Shown here: positions 63,840 to 64,000 of the stretch, piece after piece
Layout of the letters: every line of letters begins with the position of its first letter
How positions within the stretch are numbered: position 1 is the stretch's first letter
NCBI GenBank assembly: GCA_964545165.1
Contig: CAZJEQ010000001.1
Span: 65,971 to 129,970 of the forward strand
From: an uncultured Candidatus Saccharibacteria bacterium
GTDB taxonomy: Bacteria > Patescibacteriota > Minisyncoccia > Phycocordibacterales > UBA2100
Reading direction: 5' to 3'
DNA length: 64,000 bases
Notes under the pieces: generated by a model
What the model saw: only the letters and a program-made list of their open reading frames with translations
Told to the model about the DNA's origin: nothing
Database searches by the model: none
Translations under genes and position numbers: made by a program

Positions 63840-64000
63840 CACCACTGCGTATCAGCAGTCTCGCATTCGCTTAACCGCTGCTTCATTGCTGTCGGCGTAC
63901 AACGTATAGGGAGGTCGATTACTAGTTACCAGCTAGTCGTACACATATGGCACAAGAAAACAGCACGACGTCGAAGCGTGGCTTCGCTGCGATGGACAAA

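Overview
This 64-kb window is a high-GC (~60%), gene-dense bacterial chromosomal segment. Housekeeping genes dominate: secE-nusG-rplK, rplJ-rplL, rplS, rpsF-ssb-rpsR, efp, recA, ftsK, argS, ileS, glyQS (eukaryote/archaeal-type alpha2), metG, tmk, recO, tatD and folK-folP. Three tRNA genes lie on the minus strand: Arg-TCT, Leu-GAG, and His-GTG with an encoded G-1. There is a lipid/glycan cluster (two GT2, DedA, PAP2, PlsC-like acyltransferase), a two-subunit ATP-citrate lyase (aclB-aclA), a large serine recombinase beside tRNA genes with compositionally mosaic cargo, and a 1291-aa surface protein with a peptidoglycan-binding domain and a (Gly-Thr)n repeat. The lineage cannot be assigned from sequence alone. 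A small-genome uncultivated bacterium is plausible, given many overlapping genes, leaderless-type promoters, giant surface proteins and split ribosomal operons. The most unusual signals are two repeated cis-elements. (i) An ~82-bp double-palindrome module sits immediately upstream of, and in the same orientation as, two unrelated envelope genes 55 kb apart. (ii) A 39-bp near-perfect palindrome occurs twice, flanking a 3.4-kb secreted lipase/LTD cassette, next to a wHTH+Cas2-like regulator gene and a GC3-extreme, probably foreign, gene. No CRISPR array, rRNA or transposase was found. All homology calls rest on motif recognition by eye, with no database search. Repeat and tRNA coordinates may be off by 1-2 nt.
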